Source: a bacterium
Lineage (GTDB): Bacteria > Acidobacteriota > Blastocatellia > Pyrinomonadales > Pyrinomonadaceae
Assembly: GCA_040003695.1 (NCBI GenBank)
Contig: JBDUCB010000332.1
Location: forward strand, 1 to 33,568
Reading direction: 5' to 3'
DNA length: 33,568 nucleotides
Part shown: positions 1-8,297 of the stretch, in pieces
Layout: every line of letters begins with the position of its first letter
How positions within the stretch are numbered: position 1 is the first letter of the stretch
Made by a program: the position numbers and the translations under genes
Notes under the pieces: generated by a model
The model's database searches: none
Told to the model about the DNA's origin: nothing
The model's input: only the letters and a program-made list of their open reading frames with translations

Positions 1-316
1 GTTGGTAGCTTGCGAATCGTCTAAAGCGTCTCGAACACTGGTTCGCGGAGCAATGCTTATGCCATTTCGCTCAATCTGTAATTAGGGCCGCGTAAAGGTT
101 AATAAATGAAGCCGTCCGGAACGTCATGGTCCACAGGTAATCCGCGTCCCCAGTTGCTTGCATGCATTAGAACCGTTCGCTTCCGGTTTAGCGCCGAACA
201 AATAATCGTGCGGATTTGGTTCAAACACTCGGCAAAGGCTGGCGCCGGATAGGTTAGTCAACATCGGAGAATCGCCGGCTAAGCCGTTTTGATGGCGTTA
301 ACAATGCAGACAGCTC

Positions 317-345
317 TTGACAAAAAGCTCAACTGTAACTATATT
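317..345 (+). promoter_or_regulatory. Candidate sigma-70 promoter of the Rrf2 gene (TTGACA, 17 nt, TATATT)
   Basis: TTGACA at 317-322, a 17-nt spacer, then TATATT at 340-345, about 30 nt upstream of the ATG at 377. Sequence match only. Confidence 0.5.
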
Positions 346-353
346 TGTTACAG
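333..353. promoter_or_regulatory. Perfect palindrome CTGTAAC-N7-GTTACAG overlapping the -10 box; candidate Rrf2 operator
   Basis: CTGTAAC at 333-339 and GTTACAG at 347-353 are exact reverse complements. The 7-nt centre TATATTT covers the -10 hexamer. Confidence 0.45.
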
Positions 354-376
354 ACAATTCCAAGGGTTTTTCGGTT

Positions 377-883
377 ATGTCAACCAGCAGCAGATTCGCG
401 GTGGCGGTTCACGTTCTCACGCTCATGGCGTGGGCAGAGGAAGAGCCGCTGAAATCTGAACAGGTAGCGGAAAGTGTTAATACCAACGCGGTTGTGATCC
501 GCCGAATGCTGTGCGAGTTGGCGGAATCGAACCTGGTGATTTCGCAGACAGGATCCATGGGCGGGTCAAAGCTTGCCCGGCCGCCTGAGAGCATCACCCT
601 TCAAGATATTTATCAAGCCGTTGAAAGTCGCGGCGTCTTTTCGTTACATCGACATCCACCTAACCCGGATTGCCCGGTCGGCGTAAACATTGGTGCGGTG
701 CTCAACGATGTGTTGGACGAAGTGGACGCTGCCGTCCAAGGTGTGCTGGCAAACATGACATTGAGAGATGTCGTTTCACGATTGAAGCCGTGTATGAGTA
801 CTGCGAGCGGCAAGAGGGTGAGCGCCACCAACGGCAAGAGAAAGCAGGTAGCGAGAGTGCAGTCGGTATCTGCGAGAAACTAG
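377..883 (+). CDS. Rrf2 family transcriptional regulator
   Basis: The N-terminus SRFAVAVHVLTLMAW...SEQVAESVNTNAVVIRRMLCELAESNLVISQTGSMGGSKLARPPESITLQDIY is a typical Rrf2 winged helix. The ORF track opens at TTG 317, but that TTG is the -35 box, so ATG 377 is preferred. It lacks the 3-Cys cluster of Fe-S Rrf2 members. Confidence 0.85.
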   Translation: MSTSSRFAVAVHVLTLMAWAEEEPLKSEQVAESVNTNAVVIRRMLCELAESNLVISQTGSMGGSKLARPPESITLQDIYQAVESRGVFSLHRHPPNPDCPVGVNIGAVLNDVLDEVDAAVQGVLANMTLRDVVSRLKPCMSTASGKRVSATNGKRKQVARVQSVSARN

Positions 884-986
884 AGAACGCGCCGTTTCGT
901 AATATGAATAGCGTTTCGAGAGAGACAACGTCGCGGGGCTCTCTCCTCAACGAAAAAACAAACTCGCGCGAAAGGACGGTCTGAAA

Positions 987-2702
987 TTGGCTAGGCTTCC
1001 AAAAGATCAGGATGGGGTTGAGCCGATGGATTCGGTTAAACCAGATTTTTCCAGCGCCCACGAAGAGCTGCTGGACGACACAGTTTCGATCGAAGATATC
1101 GATGAGGTTTTGGAAAAGCTCGCCACCGCGGGCATCGCAGGAACTGAAACCGATGAGCCCGTGATGGGTGAGCCATCTTCCGCTGCTGCGCGCGTCGAAG
1201 ATGATGACAACGCTCCCGAAGAGATGGAGCTTGATTTATCGGCAGGTGAACTGGACAAAACGTCGGATCCGGTTCGCGTGTATATGCGCGAAATGGGCGT
1301 AGTGCCACTACTTAAGCGCGAGCAGGAAGTATCGATTGCCAAGCGGATTGAATGGGGACAGAAGCGTGCGCAAAAAGGTATCAGCCGTTCGCCGATTGCC
1401 GTTGCTGAACTCTTGAAGATAGGCTCGGAGCTTGAAGCCGGCACGATTGGCATTCGTGATGTAATCACTTTTTCCGATCAGACGGAAACGGAAGAACACG
1501 AAGACAAGACGGAAGAGTATTTTCAGTGGACCATCGAAGGCATCCAAAATATTCGCAAGCTCTACAAGCGTGGCCTTAAAGAGCTGGTGCAGCTCAACAC
1601 TGAACAGAAAGCTAAGCGCGGTAAGACTTCGAAAAAGTTAACACGGTTGCGCCGCAAGGTGGCCCGCACGCGACTCGAGATCGTACAGGAAATCAGCGTC
1701 CTTCATTTGAAGGAAGCCGTCCGCCAGCGCCTGATAAATTCTATCGCGACGATTCATCGTGAGACGCGGACGCTCGAGCGCGAGATCGAAACGTATAATG
1801 CGAAACTTACCAAGAAACGAATTAAGGCAGACGACGCAAAAGAGTTTCGGAAGCACGTTTCCGCCGCCAAGCGCCGGCTAAAAGAGATCGAAGCCGAACA
1901 TCATGTGTCGCCGCTGGAAATCAAACGATCGCATCAGATGATTGTGACTGGCGAAGCCCAGGCCGCGCAGGCCAAGCACGAGTTGACCGAAGCAAACCTT
2001 CGTTTGGTGGTCTCAATCGCTAAGAAGTATCAGAACCGTGGTCTTCAGTTTCTGGATCTGATTCAAGAAGGAAACCTCGGTTTGATGAAAGGCGTGGACA
2101 AGTTTGAGTGGCGCCGGGGTTACAAGTTTTCTACATACGCGACGTGGTGGATTCGCCAGGCGATCACACGCGCCATCGCGGACCAGGCACGCACCATTCG
2201 CATTCCGGTGCACATGATCGAGGTCATCAACAAGCTGCGCAACACGTCGCGCGAGCTGGTTCGCGAGCTGGGTCGTGAACCGACGACGGAAGAGATTGCC
2301 AAAAAGATGGGCATGTCGGTCGAGAAAGTCAGCAAGGCGCGCAAGCTCGTGCAGCAACCAGTTTCGCTGGAAACACCCATCGGCGAGAGTGGCGATTCGC
2401 AGTTAGGCGATTTGATCGAAGACAAGTCGAGCACGAGCCCGGCAGAAAGAGTGATCACTTCGAACCTGCGTGAAATCACCGGCGATGTTTTGCAAACACT
2501 GAGTCCGCGCGAAGAGCGTGTCATTCGTATGCGCTTTGGTCTCGACAGAGAAGGACACGAGCGTACGCTGGAAGAGGTTGGCCAAGACTTTAACGTGACC
2601 CGGGAGCGCATCAGGCAGATCGAAGCGAAGGCGCTTAGGAAACTTCGGCACCCATCGCGGGCCCGCGTGCTGAAGAGTTTCATCGAAGGCCAGCGCCAGT
2701 AA
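987..2702 (+). CDS. rpoD: Primary RNA polymerase sigma factor (sigma-70, RpoD)
   Basis: It has an acidic region 1.1. Regions 2 to 4 are canonical: [75 protein letters not shown] and [30 protein letters not shown]. The start is ambiguous between TTG 987 and ATG 1026. Confidence 0.97.
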   Translation: MARLPKDQDGVEPMDSVKPDFSSAHEELLDDTVSIEDIDEVLEKLATAGIAGTETDEPVMGEPSSAAARVEDDDNAPEEMELDLSAGELDKTSDPVRVYMREMGVVPLLKREQEVSIAKRIEWGQKRAQKGISRSPIAVAELLKIGSELEAGTIGIRDVITFSDQTETEEHEDKTEEYFQWTIEGIQNIRKLYKRGLKELVQLNTEQKAKRGKTSKKLTRLRRKVARTRLEIVQEISVLHLKEAVRQRLINSIATIHRETRTLEREIETYNAKLTKKRIKADDAKEFRKHVSAAKRRLKEIEAEHHVSPLEIKRSHQMIVTGEAQAAQAKHELTEANLRLVVSIAKKYQNRGLQFLDLIQEGNLGLMKGVDKFEWRRGYKFSTYATWWIRQAITRAIADQARTIRIPVHMIEVINKLRNTSRELVRELGREPTTEEIAKKMGMSVEKVSKARKLVQQPVSLETPIGESGDSQLGDLIEDKSSTSPAERVITSNLREITGDVLQTLSPREERVIRMRFGLDREGHERTLEEVGQDFNVTRERIRQIEAKALRKLRHPSRARVLKSFIEGQRQ

Positions 2703-2831
2703 AACTGGGAGCGCGGGCGTCTCGCTCGCAACTGAGCGCGAAGCGCGAACAAGTCAGAAACCAAAAAGCGACCCGGAAGAGAAGAAGTCAGATCGGGTAG
2801 GTTTCTAAATCGAGGAGCAAGGAAGAAACAA

Positions 2832-3176
2832 ATGAGTGAGAAAGTAAGATACGTAACGGACAATTCTTTTGAAAAAGATGTGCTGCAATCAACTAAACCA
2901 GTGTTGGTAGATTTCTGGGCCGAGTGGTGCGCGCCGTGTCGTATGATTGCGCCAACCATCGAGGCCATTGCGGAACAGTACAGCGAGACCGCTGAAGTCG
3001 TGAAAGTAAATGTCGATGACAATACTGGAACAGCCCAGCGCTACGGCATCAAGGGCATTCCAACTTTGATTCTGTTCAGCGGCGGCAAAGAAGTGGAACG
3101 TGTAGTCGGCGCCACGAGCAAAGACTCGCTCTCCCGCATGATCGATAAGCAAGTTAAGGTCGCGGCAAGCGTCTAG
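2832..3176 (+). CDS. trxA: Thioredoxin
   Basis: 114 aa with [18 protein letters not shown]...[11 protein letters not shown], the thioredoxin fold signature. The active site is WCAPC (2925-2939) rather than WCGPC. Confidence 0.95.
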   Translation: MSEKVRYVTDNSFEKDVLQSTKPVLVDFWAEWCAPCRMIAPTIEAIAEQYSETAEVVKVNVDDNTGTAQRYGIKGIPTLILFSGGKEVERVVGATSKDSLSRMIDKQVKVAASV

Positions 3177-3204
3177 AGGCTGACCAGCGTGTGAGACCTT
3201 TAAC

Positions 3205-3232
3205 AAAAGGGGACTAGAAGGTCCCCTTTTTC
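3205..3232 (+). terminator. Rho-independent terminator after trxA
   Basis: AAAAGGGGAC (3205-3214), loop TAGAAG, GTCCCCTTTT (3221-3230). The GC stem is followed by a T run, 29 nt after the trxA stop. Confidence 0.7.
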
Positions 3233-3430
3233 TGAAGCCGGGAAGTTGCTCCGCCAACGGTTGAACGCCAATCATGATTTTCCTAATAAGACCCCCATAC
3301 GTTAAACGTTGAGGTTCTATCTCACCCTCGCTTATTCTACTAGTTGCCCTACTCTGAATTGTCGTCAAAGAATCAGATCGTTTCCAGATTCTCTTGCCGG
3401 CAGATCCTCCTCACTCCACTGAGGACGCTG

Positions 3431-4375
3431 GTGAAAGCGAAAACCCAGAAGAAAAAGTTCGTGGAGAAAGTTTCACGCGAGCACCGGCGTGTACTCGTAA
3501 TTACCGACGAGCCAGATACTCCACTCATTTCGCCGCTTGAGTCGGCCGGATTCAAAGTGCTGGACGTATGTGCCGCTGCCGCGGCGCCGATATCTTTGAG
3601 GCGCACTCGCCCGCAGCTCGTTATAGCCAGCACAGCGCTCAAGGGTCTGACGATCCAGGAACTCGCGCGAATGCTAAACCAAACCCAGGATGGTGTGCCG
3701 CTAATCTTGATGGGAACCGAAGCGGCAACGTTGAAACAGCGTCAGGAAGCAATGTCAGCCGGAGCGTTTGACTACTTCCAGATACCAGCAGAGATCGAAC
3801 TACTAACGCTGCGCGCTAATCAATTGGCCACATTACGACACACTATGGAACAGCTTCGGGGCGAGGCTGACTTGGACCACTTGACCGGGCTAGCGAATCG
3901 CAGGCGTTTTCGTGTGGCATTGTCGCGGGAGGTTGAAAGGTGGCGTCGCTATGGAGTGCCGTGCGCATTGCTCCTGCTTGATATCGATCACATGAAGTCA
4001 ATCAATGACACGTTTGGACATCCTTTGGGCGACGCCGTCATCCGAGAGGTTGCCGACACGCTGTCCAGAGTTTCTCGGGACAACGACACTGCAGCACGGT
4101 TGGGCGGCGAAGAGTTTGCCCTGTTATTTGCCGGGATCGCCGCGACGAAAGCGGAGTTAGCCGCGAAACGCCTGCTTGAAATTCTGGCCGAGCAACACAT
4201 TGAGGGGGTTGGAAGCTTTACAGTGAGCATTGGCGTTGCCGCGTGTCCTGACCACGCGAATTCAGAGCGAGCGCTTTATGCCGCGAGTGATGAAGCGCTT
4301 TATGTGGCGAAGAATCAAGGCCGCAATCGCGTGGCCGTAGCGCCTCTGGTACAAGAAAAACTGCCCGGTGCCTAG
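3431..4375 (+). CDS. Diguanylate cyclase (GGDEF) with an N-terminal receiver-like domain lacking the phospho-acceptor Asp
   Basis: GGEEF active site (RLGGEEFALLF) with an RxxD I-site (RDND) five residues upstream. The REC-like segment is RVLVITDE...PQLVIASTALKGLTIQEL. The ORF is open from TTG 3344, but GTG 3431 follows a GAGGA at 3421-3425. Confidence 0.9.
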   Translation: MKAKTQKKKFVEKVSREHRRVLVITDEPDTPLISPLESAGFKVLDVCAAAAAPISLRRTRPQLVIASTALKGLTIQELARMLNQTQDGVPLILMGTEAATLKQRQEAMSAGAFDYFQIPAEIELLTLRANQLATLRHTMEQLRGEADLDHLTGLANRRRFRVALSREVERWRRYGVPCALLLLDIDHMKSINDTFGHPLGDAVIREVADTLSRVSRDNDTAARLGGEEFALLFAGIAATKAELAAKRLLEILAEQHIEGVGSFTVSIGVAACPDHANSERALYAASDEALYVAKNQGRNRVAVAPLVQEKLPGA

Positions 4376-4400
4376 GTTTTGCATGCGGCACCTGTTTTAT
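4367..4400 (+). terminator. Possible intrinsic terminator overlapping the GGDEF stop codon
   Basis: GGTGCC (4367-4372) pairs with GGCACC (4387-4392), with a 14-nt loop, followed by TGTTTTATTT. Confidence 0.4.
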
Positions 4401-4806
4401 TTCATTCCGAATGATTGATGAGAATTTACCGTTCAAATAACATGGCCGTATTCGCCCGACTGTTGCGCGTGGGTACCAACGTGAGACATTGGGGGAAAAA
4501 CAACGGCGCGATGTTATAGGGCGATCCCCTCTTGCATTGCGCTGTTTGTTTCTTTCGATTTCAGGTTTTCGTGCACCAGGTGGGGAAATTTTCTGAGGTT
4601 TCATACCAAAACTTTATGTAGTAAAGAATTTTATTGCGTACGCGCGCCCGGCTCGCTAGTATTCAGCTAGCCCCGCCTAGTCAGTCGGCAGTAACCGGAA
4701 GCGGACAGCTAACAAGGTTTTCCACAGTCTCACCCAAACGTCGCTCAAGTAGTCTCACATAACACTTGCCCTAGATCGTGTTTGGAATTGCAGGGGAGGT
4801 GTCTTT

Positions 4807-5538
4807 ATGAGAACGGGAAAGGGGACAGGAGACCGGGCGAAGGGATGGGTTGCGCGTTTTCGCCTCGTTGGGTTACTCGAGCTTGCGATCGCGCTGCTTC
4901 TGATCGGTCTGGGCAGCGCTTACGTTCCGGATCGAACTTTTGGTCAAAACGCTATTGTCTATGGGCAGGCTTCCGGTCCGGAGACCGTTTCGAATCAGGC
5001 TATAGTAACTGGCCATGATGGAGCCTTAAACCAGTGCAGCGATACTGCGCCGCAGACTTCGGGCTCTTACAAATTCCAGCGGCAGGGCGAGAGCTTTGAC
5101 ATCCCACTCAACGGAACTGATTGTCAAGCAGTTGAGCTCGAGTTGCGCTGGTCTAACGGCCGAAACAATGGCAGCAACTTTCGCGTGATCTTTCTCGACA
5201 GCGATAACCAGCCCATTTATACAAAAGAACTTTCAGGTTTTCTGACCGGCAGTTTCCGCTTCCCCTTGGCAACGCTTGAGGCTCAGCCCTGGCTTAGCTC
5301 CAGTTCGATGATGTCAGTTGTTTCGGTGCCGGCAACCGTAGTGATCGAGACGGTTCGACCCTTTGCTTTTCCAGCCAACATCGCATACACGGTCATGCGC
5401 TCCACTGGCCAACGGCGTCAGCAACAGCCGGTCGTGAACAGCGACTCAGGAACCGTGAACACGGGAAAGGCGCTGCGTTTAAAAGTGGAATCCACAGATT
5501 TCGCAAATTGCGCAGCGGGGAAAGCGCGTTGGCCGTAG
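4807..5538 (+). CDS. Hypothetical membrane-anchored or secreted protein
   Basis: GGAGG RBS 8 nt before ATG 4807. It has an N-terminal hydrophobic segment (LVGLLELAIALLLIGLGSA) and then a beta-rich region. I recognise no family. The last ~25 codons may be read-through into junction DNA. Confidence 0.6.
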   Translation: MRTGKGTGDRAKGWVARFRLVGLLELAIALLLIGLGSAYVPDRTFGQNAIVYGQASGPETVSNQAIVTGHDGALNQCSDTAPQTSGSYKFQRQGESFDIPLNGTDCQAVELELRWSNGRNNGSNFRVIFLDSDNQPIYTKELSGFLTGSFRFPLATLEAQPWLSSSSMMSVVSVPATVVIETVRPFAFPANIAYTVMRSTGQRRQQQPVVNSDSGTVNTGKALRLKVESTDFANCAAGKARWP

Positions 5539-6021
5539 GGCGATCATCTCCACTTTTTCGGCAAGGAAGTCCGCGACATTAACATCCGTCGCATCGGTTT
5601 TGTAGCGGCTGAGATAGTGCGCCATGGAGGGGCCGTGATTTGCGCAGCCGTTAGTCCCTACCGAGCGACCCGAAATGAATGTCGCTCCATGATTGGGAGT
5701 GATCGATTTATGGAGGTCTACGTCGATACTCCTCTCGAAGTTTGCGAGCAGCGCGATCCCAAAGGGATGTACGCGCAGGCACGTGAAGGGCAAATCACTG
5801 GATTCACTGGAATTGATGATCCATACGAACCGCCAAACAGTCCGGAGATCGTTCTCGAAACAACACAAACAGCGGCTGAGTTGAATGCTCAGCGAATTCT
5901 CTCCTACCTTATCGAACGGAGTCTTGTCGAAAATTTCCCGCCGGTCGAACGCGAGATGGATGAAGAATGGACAAGGTCCTATGAAGGCGATGGCGTGAAG
6001 AGTTTGTCCTTCAACATTTGA
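5539..6021 (+). pseudogene. cysC: Adenylyl-sulfate (APS) kinase remnant, 5'-truncated (no P-loop)
   Basis: KEVRDINIRRIGFVAAEIVRHGGAVICAAVSPYRATRNECR...FMEVYVDTPLEVCEQRDPKGMYAQAREGQITGFTGIDDPYEPP matches the C-terminal two thirds of APS kinases. The GxxGxGKS/T P-loop and the LDGD segment are missing. The longest start-capable ORF is GTG 5617, but homology begins right after the TAG at 5536-5538. Confidence 0.75.
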
Positions 6022-6169
6022 TCGCGATCAGCAATCCACACCCTACCGAATCGCAGCTTGTTTGTGTTCGAAGGTCAGGAAAGAGAAATACCAGATCTGA
6101 AAATAGTCGAATCCGCGGCACTTTGCGGCGCGTCGGGCAAAAGTCTTAGATGCGCCGCGGCTTTCCCGG

Positions 6170-6889
6170 TCAACCGAAATATTTGAAACCGATGCGTAGG
6201 CTTTTCAAGAGCGCGGCGGGCAGCGTCCAGACCAGCATAAGCGAGATGAGGCTGTGCGCGATCGCAAGCGCCACCAGATTTGGCACGCGCTGATAGACGT
6301 GTGCGAGCAGCAGTCCGCCCGCGAAGGTGATCAAGGTCAGCCACGGATTCGGCAGGTGAAGTAGGGCGAAGATACTGGCGACGAGCAGGACGCTCTGCCA
6401 GCCGCGTCCCCACAAAACTTGCGCGCGCCGGTTGATGAAGCCTTGCAGCGCGTACTGTTGCACGAGCGCCCACGCCGGCAGCCACAAGACCCATTGAAAC
6501 TGCTGCACCTTCTCCGAGTTAGCGTGCCCATAGAGTCGGCCCGCCAGAAAGATCAACCCGCATACGGCAGCGACCGGTAACACGAGCAAGCGCGCCGCAG
6601 CGTAGAAGTTGTCGAGCCGCCAGCCGACCGTGCGCGCCGACTCGCCGTGCGCGCGGTGCGAGATGAGCATCAAAAGAACGGCGAGCGCCAGCGGCAAAGC
6701 GCCTAGCAACTTGCTGTTGTCCGCGAGCGGGCGCACAGTCCACGCCACCAGCAGGAACGACAACGTGACCGAACTGATCTCCCACGCCGCCAGGGCGCGA
6801 CTGCCGACGACGTGCGCGTGTTCGCCAGCGTTCGTCTCTGCGACACTGCGTGTGTTGTCTGTTTCCTTCGGCGTTCGATCAACGTTCAT
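6170..6889 (-). CDS. CPBP (CAAX/Abi) family intramembrane protease-like protein with a degenerate motif 1
   Basis: Multi-TM protein. Motif 2 is FALLH and motif 3 is AIAHSLIS. Motif 1 reads QQYALQGFINRR where the family has EExxFRG. About 70% GC. Confidence 0.75.
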   Translation of the reverse strand: MNVDRTPKETDNTRSVAETNAGEHAHVVGSRALAAWEISSVTLSFLLVAWTVRPLADNSKLLGALPLALAVLLMLISHRAHGESARTVGWRLDNFYAAARLLVLPVAAVCGLIFLAGRLYGHANSEKVQQFQWVLWLPAWALVQQYALQGFINRRAQVLWGRGWQSVLLVASIFALLHLPNPWLTLITFAGGLLLAHVYQRVPNLVALAIAHSLISLMLVWTLPAALLKSLRIGFKYFG

Positions 6890-7010
6890 GCGCTAGTTCG
6901 ATCCTCTGGGGTACAATTTTTGGTTTGGGCTCGATAAAGACTCAACTCGCCATCGATGTTCAAATCTCAAATCTAATATCAGCAATCTAAAATTTTAAAT
7001 CACTTCGTCG

Positions 7011-7868
7011 CTATCTGCCCGTCGCCGGCGGGTCAAGCTTGACGTGGAAGCGCAAGGGTCGGCCGACTAGGAGCAACTGGCGGCCACCATCGTGCGTGCG
7101 TGCTGCATAGACGCGCGCCTCGTGCCCGCCCTCCGAGAGTTGCGACGTGAAGAAGAGGAAACCGTGTCGTTCGTCGCTCAGGAGCTTGCCTGCGTACAAC
7201 TCCGGGCGCGGGTAGTCGGCTGCGCGCTGCTCGATGAAGCGGCCGTCAATGTAGAGGTGAACTTCGACGCGCTCCGCGGGCACGTCGCGATTGACTACCC
7301 AGCCGCGCACGATTTGTTGATTGGCATCTTCGAGCCAGCCGCGATAGAAAGGATCGGCCGGCAGCGCTTCGGAGCGGAAGCGAGCGGGCGTGCCCAGCAG
7401 TTGCAGCGTGCGCAGACGCCCGCCGAAACTCGCGTGCACGACATAGACGCGCGCTTCGTGCTCACCCGCCTCGAGCGGCGGCGTGTAGAAGAAGAAGCCG
7501 TGCCGGGCGTCGGCGGCAGCGCCCGCGGCGACGATGTCCGGGCGCGGATAATCGGCCGCACGACTGTCCGCGAAGCGGCCGTCAATGTAGAGCTGCACCT
7601 CGACGGGCGCGTCGGGCGCGCGCTGGTTCACGACCCAGCCCGCGACCTGCTCCGGCCCCGCCTCGTCGAGCGTGCCCTGAAAATACGGATCAAAGGCGCG
7701 ATAGTAGAACCCGACCGCGACGACGCCGACGAATAGCACGTCGAGCATCGACTTGACGATGAGAAAGTTGATCAGCCGCCGGAATGCTGGCGAAGTGTGA
7801 CCCGTGAACATGCTCGTGTTTTCGCTGCCGCGCGCAATGGTGGCCAAAATGCTGAGCGTGACTGGCAA
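7011..7868 (-). CDS. Hypothetical membrane-anchored protein with two tandem ~112-aa repeats
   Basis: One TM segment (LDVLFVGVVAVGFYY), then two homologous modules (GWVVN..VEV.LYIDGRF...RAADYPRP...RHGF.F...EARVY). Start is TTG 7868 or ATG 7811. More than 70% GC. Confidence 0.7.
   Translation of the reverse strand: MPVTLSILATIARGSENTSMFTGHTSPAFRRLINFLIVKSMLDVLFVGVVAVGFYYRAFDPYFQGTLDEAGPEQVAGWVVNQRAPDAPVEVQLYIDGRFADSRAADYPRPDIVAAGAAADARHGFFFYTPPLEAGEHEARVYVVHASFGGRLRTLQLLGTPARFRSEALPADPFYRGWLEDANQQIVRGWVVNRDVPAERVEVHLYIDGRFIEQRAADYPRPELYAGKLLSDERHGFLFFTSQLSEGGHEARVYAARTHDGGRQLLLVGRPLRFHVKLDPPATGR
7014..7691 (-). repeat. Intragenic tandem duplication (repeat A 7356-7691, repeat B 7014-7355)
   Basis: Residues 60-171 and 172-285 align end to end with no gaps and roughly half the positions identical. 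Confidence 0.75.
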
Positions 7869-7885
7869 CTGCTGCCAGTTGCCGC

Positions 7886-8095
7886 TTAACGCAGTTCGCC
7901 GCGGCCGACCGTCGCCTCTGCGCCAGCTACCTTCTCGCGACGCCCAGGCTCTCCCGAGGTAGACGGGGCGCTGTTTTCGACCTCGCCATAGATGCGGCCG
8001 ATGTACTCGCCGATGATGCCGATGGTGACTAGCTACACGCCGCCCTTGAAGAGCACTGCGACGAAGGGCGACGCCCAGCCTCGCGTGTTTCCAGT
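7886..8095 (-). pseudogene. C-terminal remnant of a family-2 glycosyltransferase (polyprenyl-phosphate GT type) with an in-frame TAG
   Basis: The minus-strand frame reads GWASPFVAVLFKGGV*LVTIGIIGEYIGRIYGEVE. This is the conserved C-terminal TM and GIIGEYIGRIY motif of GtrB/ArnC-like GT2 enzymes. The stop is at 8033-8035, where relatives have Gln. No catalytic domain lies upstream. Confidence 0.55.
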
Positions 8096-8297
8096 CCCAT
8101 CATTACATAACATTCGCGAACAAGAATAATTGACTGCCCACAGATTTTGACATAGGATTCTGCCTGCTCAGACAACCATTTCGGCTGGTCGCAGGCCTGC
8201 ACTTGCGCGGCACTGCTCACCTGTTCTAGTCGTAATCCTATACAGTGTTGTTAAAGGTTCTAAGATACCTCAAGATTTCCTGAGTTAGCTCTTCCGT

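Noticed and set aside
1-316. I looked for a gene divergent from Rrf2 or running off the left edge
   Set aside because: Only very short ORFs (under 50 aa) occur in all six frames, and no recognisable motif is present. I left the region unannotated.
2120-3022. 300-aa minus-strand ORF antisense to rpoD and trxA
   Set aside because: It is a shadow ORF of two unmistakable plus-strand genes. It spans their intergenic region, has Ser/Arg-rich low-complexity composition and shows no recognisable motif.
4218-4604. 128-aa minus-strand ORF in the GGDEF 3' end and intergenic region
   Set aside because: It overlaps the well-supported GGDEF coding end. It has a basic, low-complexity product, no RBS and no family resemblance.
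5449-5472. Walker-A-like GTVNTGKA near the end of ORF 4807-5538. I considered it as the missing cysC P-loop.
   Set aside because: It ends in Ala rather than Ser/Thr. The spacing to the LGFS-like segment is about 7 residues too short. The flanking residues do not match APS kinases, so it is probably coincidental.
7092-7736. 214-aa plus-strand ORF (and 7295-7585 minus) inside the high-GC gene
   Set aside because: DNA above 70% GC lacks stop codons in several frames. The Arg/Ala-rich product has no repeat structure, while the minus frame shows a clean duplicated domain.
6110-8095. Calling the high-GC island a mobile element
   Set aside because: No integrase, transposase, terminal inverted repeats, tRNA target or direct repeats are visible at the borders. 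Only the compositional anomaly and the gene remnants are supported.
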